Source: a bacterium (GTDB lineage Bacteria > Bdellovibrionota_C > UBA2361 > CALJRW01). From it: a stretch of 64,000 nucleotides of DNA. Positions within the stretch are counted from its first letter, which is position 1. The number at the start of each line of letters is the position of its first letter. Under the pieces are notes generated by a model. The model was given only the letters and a program-made list of their open reading frames with translations, ran no database searches and had not been told where the DNA came from. Positions 17,693 to 27,912 of this stretch are shown piece after piece. The stretch covers positions 1 through 64,000 of the forward strand of contig JANNBC010000009.1 of NCBI GenBank assembly GCA_031385045.1, given 5' to 3'. The position numbers and the translations under genes are program-made.

Positions 17693-18631
17693 CTAGTGAA
17701 AAATAAAATTTCTAAGTTTAGCGCTTCGACTACGAGGATTTATTGCAATCTCGTCTTCACTTGGCGTTAAAGCTTTTTTTGTTACTAGTTGTCCCAGCGG
17801 CCTTGCCTGCTGAGCATTCCCAGTACCCCCCCATAAAGCGGGCTTTTGTGGGGGGTTGGCCCAATTGCGCATCGCGCGAGCAACCAGTTGATCTTCGATC
17901 GAATGAAAGCTGATAATCACTAGCCGACACCCAGCTGAAGCAATTTGTGGCAAAACTTCCAAAAGACGTTTGATTTCCCCTAACTCATCATTTACTTCAA
18001 TTCTGATCGCTTGGAAAGCCAGAGTTGCAGGATTTATCTTTTTTTTTGGATTAAATTTTGCAGCGGAGTTTATTACTCGAGCTAACTGCTCGGCATTTTC
18101 GATTGGACGTGCCTTAACAATTGCAGCAGCAATTTGCATCACACTTTGAGTTACACCACCAACTCTAAGTACTGTCATTAACTCCTTCTGGGAGTATGTA
18201 TTTACAAGGTCATGCGCTGTCTGCCCAGAGGTTGGATCCATCCGCATATCTAGCGAGTCTTGATCTTTAAAAGAGAATCCCCGACCCGTTAAAAGTTGGT
18301 CACTGGAAATTCCTAAGTCTGCTAAGATGCCATCAAACTTTTGAGTCTTAAAAACTACTGGTAATTCTGAAAAGCTTGATTTTACTGGATGAAATCGATT
18401 AGGAAATTGTGCTAAAATATCACTGGCACGGTCAATTGCTAAGGGATCGCGATCCCCTGCATAAACTATATTTTGATAATTAGCTTCAAGAATTAGTCGA
18501 GTATGACCTGCTCCACCCAAGGTGCAATCTAAGTATTTTCCAGCTAGTTCAGCCTGCAAACAATCGAGAACTTCCTTGGGCATCACTGAGAGATGGACCG
18601 ATGGTAAATTATCTGAATGTTCTGTTTGCAT
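17693..18631 (-). CDS. rsmH: 16S rRNA m4C1402 methyltransferase
   Basis: DCTLGGAGH, DLGISS, LDMRMD, FQAIRIEVNDEL, NPRSRSAKLR motifs. Confidence 0.96.
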   Translation of the reverse strand: MQTEHSDNLPSVHLSVMPKEVLDCLQAELAGKYLDCTLGGAGHTRLILEANYQNIVYAGDRDPLAIDRASDILAQFPNRFHPVKSSFSELPVVFKTQKFDGILADLGISSDQLLTGRGFSFKDQDSLDMRMDPTSGQTAHDLVNTYSQKELMTVLRVGGVTQSVMQIAAAIVKARPIENAEQLARVINSAAKFNPKKKINPATLAFQAIRIEVNDELGEIKRLLEVLPQIASAGCRLVIISFHSIEDQLVARAMRNWANPPQKPALWGGTGNAQQARPLGQLVTKKALTPSEDEIAINPRSRSAKLRNFIFH

Positions 18632-18683
18632 TACTACTGTTCAAACTTAAAAGCTTAATTATAGCTATTTACTAATCCTCACC

Positions 18684-18836
18684 TCTACCTTCGCTTCCAC
18701 CTTCGCTAAAGCTACGGCGGACGAGAAAGCTACGGTGAATGGAGTTTAGTTAGGGAGTGTCCAAACAAACCACTACCTGCTACCAATCCGCCTCCACCTT
18801 CGCTAAAGCTACGGCGGACAAGAAGGCTACGACGGA
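18684..18836. repeat. Two nested REP-like palindromic repeats
   Basis: TCCACCTTCGCTAAAGCTACGGCGGACRAG units at 18696-18725 and 18793-18822, each flanked by half-units. Confidence 0.8.
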
Positions 18837-18867
18837 TGGTTATTTAATTAGGCTTGTCCAAGCCTAA

Positions 18868-19389
18868 TTAAATATCCACATCTTCAAATAGATCTGGGTT
18901 TTCCATGAGAGCAGCTTCGGCCTCAGCGAAAACCATCTCCCAGACTCGCTTATCCCAAATCCTAAAGCCATGAATAGAGGAAGTAAACGTTGCTTCCTCT
19001 TCAATCCCTGCATAAACTTTTAAATGCTTTGGAATTAAAATCCTACCTGCGGCATCAATCCGACACTCGGCTGCGCGACTAAGATAAAAGTTCTCTAACT
19101 TTTGTAGTTTCGCACTAAAACGACTTTTTTCTCGTAAACGTTGCTCAAATTTCTCCCAATCGCAAAGAGCAAATCCCTCTAAGCATCTAGCTCCATCACT
19201 AATATAGTTAGTTAGGACAATTTGAGTTTGAGTTTTTTCAGTTAGAACCCGACGAAAATCGGCAGGAAGGCTGATCCTTCCCTTATTATCAATTGAATTT
19301 ACGAAATTACCGCGAAAAGAAAGCGAGGAGCTAAACCCCTCACCATCTTCTCTATCAAAACCTTTTGATGAAACCTGATCATTTTTCAT
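18868..19389 (-). CDS. mraZ: Transcriptional regulator MraZ
   Basis: IDNKGRISLP and IDAAGRILIP duplicated motifs; first gene of the dcw cluster. Confidence 0.95.
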   Translation of the reverse strand: MKNDQVSSKGFDREDGEGFSSSLSFRGNFVNSIDNKGRISLPADFRRVLTEKTQTQIVLTNYISDGARCLEGFALCDWEKFEQRLREKSRFSAKLQKLENFYLSRAAECRIDAAGRILIPKHLKVYAGIEEEATFTSSIHGFRIWDKRVWEMVFAEAEAALMENPDLFEDVDI

Positions 19390-19518
19390 ACGGAGGTATT
19401 AAATACTACATGACCTTCGTTGAGACATACTGCCTTGAATACGACATCATCTCTCAACAAAGGAGAACTTATTAACCCTACTAATTGAGTGGGGTTAGAA
19501 ACAAATGTGAGCTGCCAT

Positions 19519-19600
19519 CCTACCTTCGCTTCCACCTTCGCTTCCACCTTCGCTTCCACCTTCGCTAAAGCTACGGTGGACAAGAAAGCTCCGGTGGGTC
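19519..19600. repeat. Nested REP-like repeat with four tandem 12-bp left halves
   Basis: (TCCACCTTCGCT)x4 (first copy variant) followed by AAAGCTACGGTGGACAAG and AAAGCTCCGGTGG. Confidence 0.8.
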
Positions 19601-19766
19601 AAATATTTCGTGTTTGAAAACAGTTTCCCGCCTCCCATAACTTTGGGAGACGAGAATAAAACCTTAAGAAAACCTGGGTCAGCAATAACCTCTCAAAACA
19701 AGCTAAAAAACTAGTTATATTGAAAGCTTATCCTGTTCGAAAGCCTATTAAGCTATCAGCTTAACT

Positions 19767-19828
19767 TCCCACTTAATACCACTTTCTACCACTTCTTGAT
19801 TTATAGATTACAAAATCTAACACCGCAA
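19767..19828 (-). promoter_or_regulatory. dcw promoter with three MraZ boxes
   Basis: Minus strand TTGCGG-N17-TATAAA (19828-19800) followed by three AGTGG repeats at 10-bp spacing (19793-19769). Confidence 0.75.
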
Positions 19829-20058
19829 TATACTTTTTTATAAAATCTTAAATTATTTTTAGAGGCTTGAATTTATTAATGAAATTATCGAAATTAGGTT
19901 GAGGCTTAGCTCGCTGGGCGATACGATGAATAAAGCTTTAGAAGAAAAGCTGAGGTAAATGCTCCCCCTGCACATCAAGCAAAGGATGCAACTCTCAGAA
20001 CAATGCTCCGAAACAAGTATTCGAACTTATTCTCTTAGAATGTAATTTAAAATAAAAA

Positions 20059-21900
20059 TTACTCTACAGTAACACTCTTCGCCAAATTTCTAGGACAATC
20101 AATTTCTCTACCAAGCTTACGGGCAGTTTCATAGGCAAACACCTGTAGTGGTATTGTAGTAAGAATCGGAGTTATGAAATGATTGATAAAAGGAACAAGT
20201 ATTAAATCATCAGCAACGCTTCGCAACTCTTCTTCTCTCTCAGAGGCATCACTAATTACAATAATCTTACCCTTACGAGCTTTAACTTCGGAAAGATTAC
20301 TTAGTGTCTTACTAAAATAAGGCTCCTCTTTTTGAACAACAGCAACAGTTACAACGCTTGGATCAATTAAGGCAATCGGCCCATGTTTTAACTCACCTGC
20401 AGGATACCCCTGAGCAGAAAGATAAGTTACTTCTTTTAATTTTAATGCCCCTTCTAAAGCAATTGGAAAAGCAACTCCACGACCTAAGAAAAAGTAATTT
20501 TTATAATCTAAATATTTATCAGCTAATTTTTCAACTTCAGAATTACTTTGTAAGATCTCATGAATAGTTGAGGATAATAAAGTTATATCGCTTAACTGCT
20601 TTTCTAGTTCCTCAGGGTTAATTTGTTCACGCAACTTGGCAAACTTAAGCGCTAAAAGATACATAACTAAAGCTTGGGTAATAAAAGCTTTAGTTGAGGC
20701 GACGCTGATTTCTGGTCCAGCTTGAGTTAACATCGAGGCTTTCACTTTTCTAGATAAGCTGGAGCCTAAAACGTTAGTAATACCTAGTGTTAAACACTGG
20801 CTGCCAATCAAGTCAATCGCAGCAAGAGTATCGGCAGTCTCTCCAGATTGAGATACGCAGATTAACAAATCATTCCCTTGAAAAATTGGCTCTTGGTAGC
20901 GAAACTCAGAGGCCACCTCGACATCGCATGGAATACGAGCGATGCGTTCGAAGTAATGCTTACCAACTTGCGCTGCGTGCCAAGCAGTGCCGCAAGCAAT
21001 AATTTTAATTCGGTGAAGATCTTTAATTTGAGTTGCCCAATCAGCAATTTCCAATAGTTTAAAATCTGCATGTGAAGCAACTAAGCGCCCTGACAAAGTA
21101 TCATTGATTGCTTTTGGCTGATCAAAAATTTCCTTAATCATAAAATGTGCAAAACCACCACGCTGAGCTTGAGTTAAATCCCACTTAATTGTGGAAATAT
21201 CCCGAGTAACCTTTTGACCAGCGTTATAAATAGCGATTTGATTACTATCCAAAACGGCGTAGTCATTATCTTCTAAATAAATGACTTGTCTAGTATATTC
21301 CAAAATTGCGGTCACATCAGATGCTACGTAAAACTCTTTTTCCCCAATCCCGATGATTAGCGGACTAGCTCTTCTAGCTACTAACAGCTGATCTGGATTA
21401 CGATCACAAGTAGCCACAAAAGCAAAGCTTCCTTCTACTTTCTCCATCAACTTTGCTAAAGCAATTTCCGGCAGATTATGATCCTTAATTAAATATTTAT
21501 TTAAGAGATGCGCGGCTACCTCAGTATCAGTTTCTGAATTAAACTTATAACCCTCAGCCTCTAAGTTCTTTCGAAGAATTTGGTAGTTCTCAATAATTCC
21601 ATTATGGACCAAGGCTAGTCCACCAGAAACATGCGGATGCGCATTAATCTCCGAAGGACCACCATGCGTCGCCCAACGAGTATGACCAATACCACATGCG
21701 GAATCCTGAAGTTTGGCTTTAGTAGATGTATTATTTTTGAGATTAATTAAGCGACCAACGGCTCGCTCTAAGGAAATTTGATGATTAAGATTTAAGGCAA
21801 CGCCAGCAGAATCGTAACCACGATACTCTAGCTTTTCTAAACCTGATATTAAGATATTAAGTGCTGGTTTGCTACCAGTGTATCCTACGATTCCACACAT
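20059..21900 (-). CDS. glmS: Glutamine--fructose-6-phosphate aminotransferase
   Basis: MCGIVG, LEYRGYDSAG, GHTRWATHG, PRNLAKSVTVE. Confidence 0.98.
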   Translation of the reverse strand: MCGIVGYTGSKPALNILISGLEKLEYRGYDSAGVALNLNHQISLERAVGRLINLKNNTSTKAKLQDSACGIGHTRWATHGGPSEINAHPHVSGGLALVHNGIIENYQILRKNLEAEGYKFNSETDTEVAAHLLNKYLIKDHNLPEIALAKLMEKVEGSFAFVATCDRNPDQLLVARRASPLIIGIGEKEFYVASDVTAILEYTRQVIYLEDNDYAVLDSNQIAIYNAGQKVTRDISTIKWDLTQAQRGGFAHFMIKEIFDQPKAINDTLSGRLVASHADFKLLEIADWATQIKDLHRIKIIACGTAWHAAQVGKHYFERIARIPCDVEVASEFRYQEPIFQGNDLLICVSQSGETADTLAAIDLIGSQCLTLGITNVLGSSLSRKVKASMLTQAGPEISVASTKAFITQALVMYLLALKFAKLREQINPEELEKQLSDITLLSSTIHEILQSNSEVEKLADKYLDYKNYFFLGRGVAFPIALEGALKLKEVTYLSAQGYPAGELKHGPIALIDPSVVTVAVVQKEEPYFSKTLSNLSEVKARKGKIIVISDASEREEELRSVADDLILVPFINHFITPILTTIPLQVFAYETARKLGREIDCPRNLAKSVTVE

Positions 21901-22014
21901 AAAAGTTTAATTTATAAAATGATTTAAACTTTAGTAGGAAGATACAAAAAGCTCTGGCTTACTAAGATAAGCTGAATTTTATCAATCCTAGGGGCAAAGG
22001 TCAAGAAGCCTGTA

Positions 22015-22311
22015 TCAACTAGCTTTGGAGTTACGAAGATCAACCAACCTGCCGGTTGAAAACTTATGTAAAATACTTGCTATGAAAGTCTGATACGGAA
22101 GCCCCTCTTCACTCGCTTTTAACTGTAAATCTTCCAATAACTTTGCCGAGATACGAATATTGATGCGAGAATCTTTAGCTAAACTCAATTTAGCAGCAGA
22201 TCTTATTTTTTTTATTGCCGCAGTTTGGTTCTTAACTGACTTCCACTCTCCTTGCTCATACGACTTTAAAAGCTTCTGTTCTTGAATGGTTAATTTACTC
22301 TTTTTTTTCAT
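22015..22311 (-). CDS. Antitoxin (BrnA/CopG-like, C-terminal RHH)
   Basis: KDSRINIRIS...KASEEGLPYQTFIASILH; downstream of a BrnT-like toxin. Confidence 0.8.
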   Translation of the reverse strand: MKKKSKLTIQEQKLLKSYEQGEWKSVKNQTAAIKKIRSAAKLSLAKDSRINIRISAKLLEDLQLKASEEGLPYQTFIASILHKFSTGRLVDLRNSKAS

Positions 22312-22317
22312 TTTTCT

Positions 22318-22602
22318 TTATCCTAAATAATCCTTTGTTGCTTTTCTACTGGGGATAATTGTCTTTAAAAAATACCGCTCAGAATCTTCCACAAATGGGA
22401 CTAAATAAACATAATCCTGTATGTAGACAAACATTACCTTTTGCCCTCTATAACGCTCAGAATTATGATGTTCGCGCACCTCAAGCAATTGTCCCGCTTC
22501 CAATGCAACTAAAACATCATCAAATGAAATCCCTCTTTCTTTTTGAAGCTTTACATTCTTAGCTAAATCCCAAGAAATTAGTTTTTTAAAATTATAATAC
22601 AA
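22318..22602 (-). CDS. brnT: BrnT-family toxin
   Basis: WDLAKNVKLQKERGISFDDV...YVYLVPFVE...LKTIIPSRKATK; start codon uncertain. Confidence 0.82.
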   Translation of the reverse strand: MYYNFKKLISWDLAKNVKLQKERGISFDDVLVALEAGQLLEVREHHNSERYRGQKVMFVYIQDYVYLVPFVEDSERYFLKTIIPSRKATKDYLG

Positions 22603-22738
22603 TGTGTGCCTTTTGTATACAAATTAGAATGATTGAAATTAATCATTTAGGATCAGTGAATCGAAGATTACGGAAAGATGTTGGATTTTTTAGAAATTTA
22701 TTTGAAAAAAACTTGGAATATAGGGAAGTTTTACTTAT

Positions 22739-22922
22739 AGCAAAACGATTCGGCTTTGTCCTCCCTGCGGGTAAGGGGTTCGAATCCCGCAAAGAACTTA
22801 TAAATATATATGCGACCAGAGGGAGGTTTTGCTTCCAGCAAAACTATTCGGCGTTGTCTTCCCTGCGGGTAAGGGGTTCGAATCCCGCAAAGAACTTATA
22901 AATATATATGCGACCAGAGGGA
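22739..22922. repeat. 98-bp-period direct repeat overlapping the tRNA-Arg 3' end
   Basis: 22739-22824 vs 22837-22922: 86 bp with 3 mismatches; includes 14 bp of the tRNA 3' end. Confidence 0.9.
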
Positions 22923-22982
22923 TTCGAACCCCCGACCTACTGGTTCGAAGCCAGTTGCTCTATCCAGCTGAGCTATAATCGC
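22909..22982 (-). tRNA. tRNA-Arg (TCG)
   Basis: GCGATTATAGCTCAGCTGGATAGAGCA-ACTGG-CTTCGAA-CCAGT-AGGTCGGGGGTTCGAATCCCTCTGGTCGCA cloverleaf. Confidence 0.95.
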
Positions 22983-23263
22983 GTTAAGTTTGGACATCTT
23001 TGTATACCAACTGGAAGATGAAAAGTAAAAGGGGGAATTAGATAGAACCTGGAGGAGGTAGGTGCATGTACAAGTAACCTAATGTTATCTCTCTAAGCGG
23101 AACTTCTGGATTTACTGTTACAGGGTCCCCACCACAATGGTCACGGAGGAAAGATGCTACGCTAAGATCTACACCACCACCAATACCTAACAGTTCCTCT
23201 TTAAAAGTTTCAGTAACTCCTGGCGAAGCAGAATATGGCTGTTGTAAACTAGCAAATCCAAAT

Positions 23264-23785
23264 TTAGTGTTTGACATACGACTTAAAGCTAAATTTTGTA
23301 AAATCCTCTTGGGCAACTAGCTTAAAGTCTTGCTCAAAGCTAGGAATATAAGCATCACCAGAGTGCTTACCAGAAACTAGTGTAAGCTCTAGTCGATCCC
23401 ATAGTGAGCTAGTTAGCTCATAAATCTGAGCACCTCCAATAATCCAGAGTTGCTGAGATTCGTACTCACCTATGCCATCTTTAAACTTCTTAATAAAGTC
23501 TACAGGATCGGTAACTATAGTTATGCCGGACTCCGACTTAAGTGATGCAGGATTTCTACTAATTACAAAATTTTTTCGATTTGGAAGTGGTCTAAACTTA
23601 GTAGGCAGTGAAAAATAGGTTTTACTGCCCATTAAGACATTATGGCCCGAGGTTAACTGCGAGAAGTGCTTTAAATCTTCAGGTAGATGCCAAGGAATTT
23701 GGTTATTTTGACCAATTAAATGCCCTTCATCACAAGCAACAATAGCAATCACTTCGCGCTTAGATTCAGAATCTTTAGTAAGCAT
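23264..23785 (-). CDS. folA: Dihydrofolate reductase
   Basis: IPWHLPEDLKHF, RPLPNRKN, IIGGAQIY; follows thyA. Confidence 0.96.
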   Translation of the reverse strand: MLTKDSESKREVIAIVACDEGHLIGQNNQIPWHLPEDLKHFSQLTSGHNVLMGSKTYFSLPTKFRPLPNRKNFVISRNPASLKSESGITIVTDPVDFIKKFKDGIGEYESQQLWIIGGAQIYELTSSLWDRLELTLVSGKHSGDAYIPSFEQDFKLVAQEDFTKFSFKSYVKH

Positions 23786-23787
23786 AT

Positions 23788-24594
23788 TTATACCGCAATC
23801 GGAAATTTAATTGCTGGATCTGGATAATAATCGGTAATCTTAAAATCCTCGAATTTAAAACTAAAGATGTCTTTTACTTCTGGATTAATTTCAATACCAG
23901 GCAATGACCTAGGGGTTCTTTTTAACTGCTCATGCACACCATCAAGATGATTGGAATAAATATGCACATCGCCAAAAGTATGAATAAATTCATGAGCCTC
24001 ATAGCCTGTTACTTGGGCAATCATTTTCAACAACAAAGCATAGCTAGCAATGTTAAACGGTACACCTAACATCAAATCAGCAGAACGCTGATACAACTGC
24101 ATACTTAATTTATTTCCTGTTAAGTAGAGCTGAATTAAAGTATGACAACCTTGGGGAGCCACTTTTGGTTGATCAGAAGGATTAAATCCTAAGATAATAT
24201 TTCTTCGACTATAGGGGTCATTCTTTAGAAGATTAATGCACCGTTGTATTTGATCTGTCTTCCCAGTTGGGCCTTCCCAATTACGCCACTGTTTTCCATA
24301 AACAGGTCCAAGATCACCATTCTCATCAGCCCATTCATCCCAAATAGAAACGCCTTGATCGTTTAAATATTTAACATTGGTATCACCATTTAAGAACCAG
24401 ATTAACTCATGGATAATTGATTTAAGATGCACCTTTTTAGTCGTGAGCAATGGAAAACCATCGGCTAAATGAAATCTTAACTGCCGGCCAAAAACAGAAT
24501 AAGTACCCACTCCTGTCCGGTCTGATCTAAAATCAGTATCTGCGGGCTTACCGTTTTCCAAAACATCACGAACTAAATCCAAATATACTTTCAT
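23788..24594 (-). CDS. thyA: Thymidylate synthase
   Basis: [42 protein letters not shown]. Confidence 0.97.
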   Translation of the reverse strand: MKVYLDLVRDVLENGKPADTDFRSDRTGVGTYSVFGRQLRFHLADGFPLLTTKKVHLKSIIHELIWFLNGDTNVKYLNDQGVSIWDEWADENGDLGPVYGKQWRNWEGPTGKTDQIQRCINLLKNDPYSRRNIILGFNPSDQPKVAPQGCHTLIQLYLTGNKLSMQLYQRSADLMLGVPFNIASYALLLKMIAQVTGYEAHEFIHTFGDVHIYSNHLDGVHEQLKRTPRSLPGIEINPEVKDIFSFKFEDFKITDYYPDPAIKFPIAV

Positions 24595-24739
24595 ACTAAT
24601 TTATTTTACGAAAATTCTCTTGCAAATCTTTAGGTTTATTGTTCATAAATATTCTTGCCAATCTTGGTGCAACCAAGTTGGAAAGAATCAATAACAACAA
24701 AGAATTGTGTCCATTTACCGATTATAATTTCTGGGTCAT

Positions 24740-26989
24740 TTAGACACAATTCAAAGCTGCACCAGCTTTAAACCATTCAACTTGCTCCGAAGTTAATGTG
24801 TGGTTTAGAATACAACTTACTTGAGTGCCGTCAACTTTTTTCACTACTAAAGTAATTTTAGATTCTGGCTGAAGTTCTTTTAATCCAATTAGATCAAAGC
24901 GGGCATCCGCCGGAATTAAATCATAATCCTTGCTACTCGCAAAAGTTAATGGCAAAACGCCTTGCTTCTTTAAATTTGTCTCAGCAATACGGGCAAAACT
25001 TTTAGCGATTACAGCTAGACATCCTAAAAAGCGCGGTTGCATAGCCGCATGTTCCCGAGAAGATCCTTCTCCGTAATTCTCATCAGCAACAGCTATCCAT
25101 CCCTGCTTGGCAGCTCGATATTGGAAACCAATCTCCGGGAAAGTAAAACCACCTTGTCCAGTTAAAACATTGACCCCAAGACCAGTTTCATTGGTAAAAG
25201 CATTTACTGCCCCAAGATATGTATTCTTAGCAATATTTTCTAGGTGCCCGCGATACTTAAGCCACGGACCTGCTTGAGAGATATGATCGGTGGTACACTT
25301 GCCCTTAGCTTTTAAGAGCAAAACTAAATCATGATAATCATCCCCGTTCCAAGCTGGAAATCTTTCTAAGAATGCTAAGCGATCGCTCTTTGAATCAATC
25401 ACAACTTGAGTTTTAGAATCAACCTGTGGAGGAAGATATCCTTCCTTACTAAGCATAAATCCTTTTGCCGGAAGCTCCTGACCTACAGGGGCAGTAAACT
25501 TAAAGACAGAACCATCTGGCTTCTTCAGCTCATCCTTAACTGGGTTAAAGGACAATTTACCACTAAAAGTCATGGCAGTTACTAACTCCGGAGAACCAAT
25601 AAACGCCATGGTTTCTTCATTTCCATCATTTCGTTTTTTAAAATTACGATTATAACTTGTGATGATTGTATTTTTTTCTCCAGGCTTAATATCCTCTCTT
25701 TGCCATTGTCCAATACATGGCCCACAAGCATTGGCCAACACTGTGGCACCAGCTTGATTTAGCACATCCATCATGCCATCACGTTTAATAGTTTGAAAAA
25801 CTTGATCACTCCCTGGGGTAACCATTAGTGGAATCTTTGCTTTTAAACCAGCATCAAGTGCTTGCTTAGCAACACTAGCCGCCCTGGAAATATCTTCATA
25901 CGATGAGTTAGTACAACTTCCAATTAAGGCAAAACGAATATCGTCAGGATAATCCTCTGCTTTAACAGCAGCCGACATTTCCGAAACAGTTCGATAAAGA
26001 TCTGGAGTATGCGGACCCACCCAAGCAGGCTCTAATTTACTCAAATCAATCTCCACTAATTCATCGTAATATTTAGCTGGCTCACTTAAGACTTCTGGAT
26101 CAGGAGCTAGATTAGCAAGGTTCTTGTCAGCCAGCGTAGCAACTTCTTCTCGCTCAGTGAGCTTCAAATAAGCTGACATTTTTTGATCGTATGGAAAAAC
26201 TGAAGTTGTCGCGCCAAGCTCTGCTCCCATATTTGTAATCGTAGCTTTACCTGTACAACTTAAACTCTCAGCACCTTCTCCAAAGTACTCAATAATCTTA
26301 CCTGTACCACCCTGAACAGTTAGCACGCCTGCTACTTTTAAAATAATATCTTTTGGTGATACCCAACCACTTAACTTTCCTTTTAAGTGAACACCAACAA
26401 CTTTAGGATTTAATAATCCCCATGGAATACCTGCCATGACATCAACAGCATCTGCCCCCCCGACGCCAATTGCTAACATCCCTAATCCACCTGCATTTGG
26501 TGTATGAGAATCAGTTCCCACCATCATCCCACCTGGGAAAGCATATTGCTCTAGAACAACTTGATGAATAATTCCCGATCCAGGCTTCCAAAAACCAACT
26601 TGATACTTTTCTGCTGCTGTTCTTAAGAACTCATAAACTTCAGCATTTTCATCAATTGATTTTAATAAGTCAGAAGCTGAACCAGAATGTGCACGGATTA
26701 AATGATCACAGTGAATTGTGGCCGGAACCTTGGAGGACTTAAGCTTTGTCGTCATGAACTGCAGCATCGCCATTTGCGCGGTAGCATCTTGCATTGCCAC
26801 ACGATCAGGCTGAAAGTTAAGCGTATCTTCACCCCGAACTGGCTGGGTCTCAGGAAACTCAGCAATGTGAGAAAATAAAATTTTCTCAGTGAGTGTTAAG
26901 GGACGACCAAAGTAATCTTTGGCTTTCTTAATCTTAGTACCTAACTCCTGATAAAACTTTCTAACTAATTCTAAATCTCTAATTTCCAT
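24740..26989 (-). CDS. acnA: Aconitate hydratase (mitochondrial ACO2-like type)
   Basis: DRVAMQDATAQMA, GSCTNSSYED, NACGPCIGQW, NYGEGSSREHAA. Confidence 0.93.
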   Translation of the reverse strand: MEIRDLELVRKFYQELGTKIKKAKDYFGRPLTLTEKILFSHIAEFPETQPVRGEDTLNFQPDRVAMQDATAQMAMLQFMTTKLKSSKVPATIHCDHLIRAHSGSASDLLKSIDENAEVYEFLRTAAEKYQVGFWKPGSGIIHQVVLEQYAFPGGMMVGTDSHTPNAGGLGMLAIGVGGADAVDVMAGIPWGLLNPKVVGVHLKGKLSGWVSPKDIILKVAGVLTVQGGTGKIIEYFGEGAESLSCTGKATITNMGAELGATTSVFPYDQKMSAYLKLTEREEVATLADKNLANLAPDPEVLSEPAKYYDELVEIDLSKLEPAWVGPHTPDLYRTVSEMSAAVKAEDYPDDIRFALIGSCTNSSYEDISRAASVAKQALDAGLKAKIPLMVTPGSDQVFQTIKRDGMMDVLNQAGATVLANACGPCIGQWQREDIKPGEKNTIITSYNRNFKKRNDGNEETMAFIGSPELVTAMTFSGKLSFNPVKDELKKPDGSVFKFTAPVGQELPAKGFMLSKEGYLPPQVDSKTQVVIDSKSDRLAFLERFPAWNGDDYHDLVLLLKAKGKCTTDHISQAGPWLKYRGHLENIAKNTYLGAVNAFTNETGLGVNVLTGQGGFTFPEIGFQYRAAKQGWIAVADENYGEGSSREHAAMQPRFLGCLAVIAKSFARIAETNLKKQGVLPLTFASSKDYDLIPADARFDLIGLKELQPESKITLVVKKVDGTQVSCILNHTLTSEQVEWFKAGAALNCV

Positions 26990-27127
26990 ATTTTTATAGT
27001 AAATCTCAAAAATTCTTAACGAAATAACCGAATTTACGGCGAGTATGAATATTGGATTTATCCAATTTCATGCCGCTATAACAACATCATATAGTGCTTA
27101 AGATAATAATCATAACCGCAAATACGT

Positions 27128-27904
27128 TTAAGAAGCACTATCACCTCTAGTAAAAACCAAATTATTGGCAGTCGATAATTTAGCATTAAAGCTATAATTT
27201 TGACGAGTAAACTTTTTTATTCCATTTAAATCATTAACACGATTTCGTACAATGTAATCAGTCATCTCGCCTCGGGCCTTTTTTGCTAAAATTCCAACGA
27301 TCTTGTGGCTGCTACCTTTTTTCTCTTTAAAATCAACCTTAATCACAGGAAGATCAAGCTTTGAAGTGATAACTTTAAAGTATTCTTCAGATGCCAAGTT
27401 AATGATAAATTTTGCTGCTAATTTCTTGGCATCCTTGTTTAATTGTAGAGAAACTTGATCCGCCCAGAATTCATATAAGTTTTTCCCTTTTGGATTAACA
27501 AGGCAAGTACTCATCTCTAATCGATAAGGTTGCATTAAATCTAAGGGAGAAAGCAATCCATAAAATCCCGATAAAATACGAACCTTATTTTGTAAAACTT
27601 GAAAGTCTTCCGCTTGATATTTTGCAAAATCAAAAGCTTGATAAACATCTCCCTTAAAGGCTAAAATCGCCGGCTTAGAATTAGCATTAGTATCAGAATC
27701 TTGATAATTTTTTATGAACAGCAAGACCTGTTCTGCTAATTTTTCACTAATTGACATTAACTTTTTAATCTCAGCTAAGGATAGTTTTTTTAAAACCTTG
27801 GCCAGTTCAGTAGTCTCATTTTTAAAAACTCTTTTGCTAGTTTTTAGCTTAATAGCAGACTTAGAATAATCAAGAGTCTTTGCTGGTGAAATCAAAATAA
27901 TCAT
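27128..27904 (-). CDS. yaaA: Peroxide stress protein YaaA (UPF0246)
   Basis: ILISPAKTLD, ILSGFYGLL, YRLEM, NLASEEY, AKKARG. Confidence 0.93.
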   Translation of the reverse strand: MIILISPAKTLDYSKSAIKLKTSKRVFKNETTELAKVLKKLSLAEIKKLMSISEKLAEQVLLFIKNYQDSDTNANSKPAILAFKGDVYQAFDFAKYQAEDFQVLQNKVRILSGFYGLLSPLDLMQPYRLEMSTCLVNPKGKNLYEFWADQVSLQLNKDAKKLAAKFIINLASEEYFKVITSKLDLPVIKVDFKEKKGSSHKIVGILAKKARGEMTDYIVRNRVNDLNGIKKFTRQNYSFNAKLSTANNLVFTRGDSAS

Positions 27905-27912
27905 GGATTAAA

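Noticed and set aside
19386..19583. ORF with VEAK repeats
   Set aside because: Translation of the 12-bp REP-like tandem; not a credible protein.
18684..19600. Possible CRISPR array
   Set aside because: Repeats are nested and irregularly spaced with no unique ~30-40-nt spacers, and no cas genes are present.
21901..22014. glmS ribozyme upstream of glmS
   Set aside because: The 114-bp AT-rich spacer shows no recognisable ribozyme core.
22602..22901. 99-aa ORF and apparent extra tRNAs (GGTTCGAATCCC on +)
   Set aside because: The ORF spans the tRNA-associated repeat; the T-arm-like motifs lack D and anticodon arms.
23038..23316. 92-aa ORF overlapping the folA end
   Set aside because: No recognisable motif; a small gene cannot be excluded but is unsupported.
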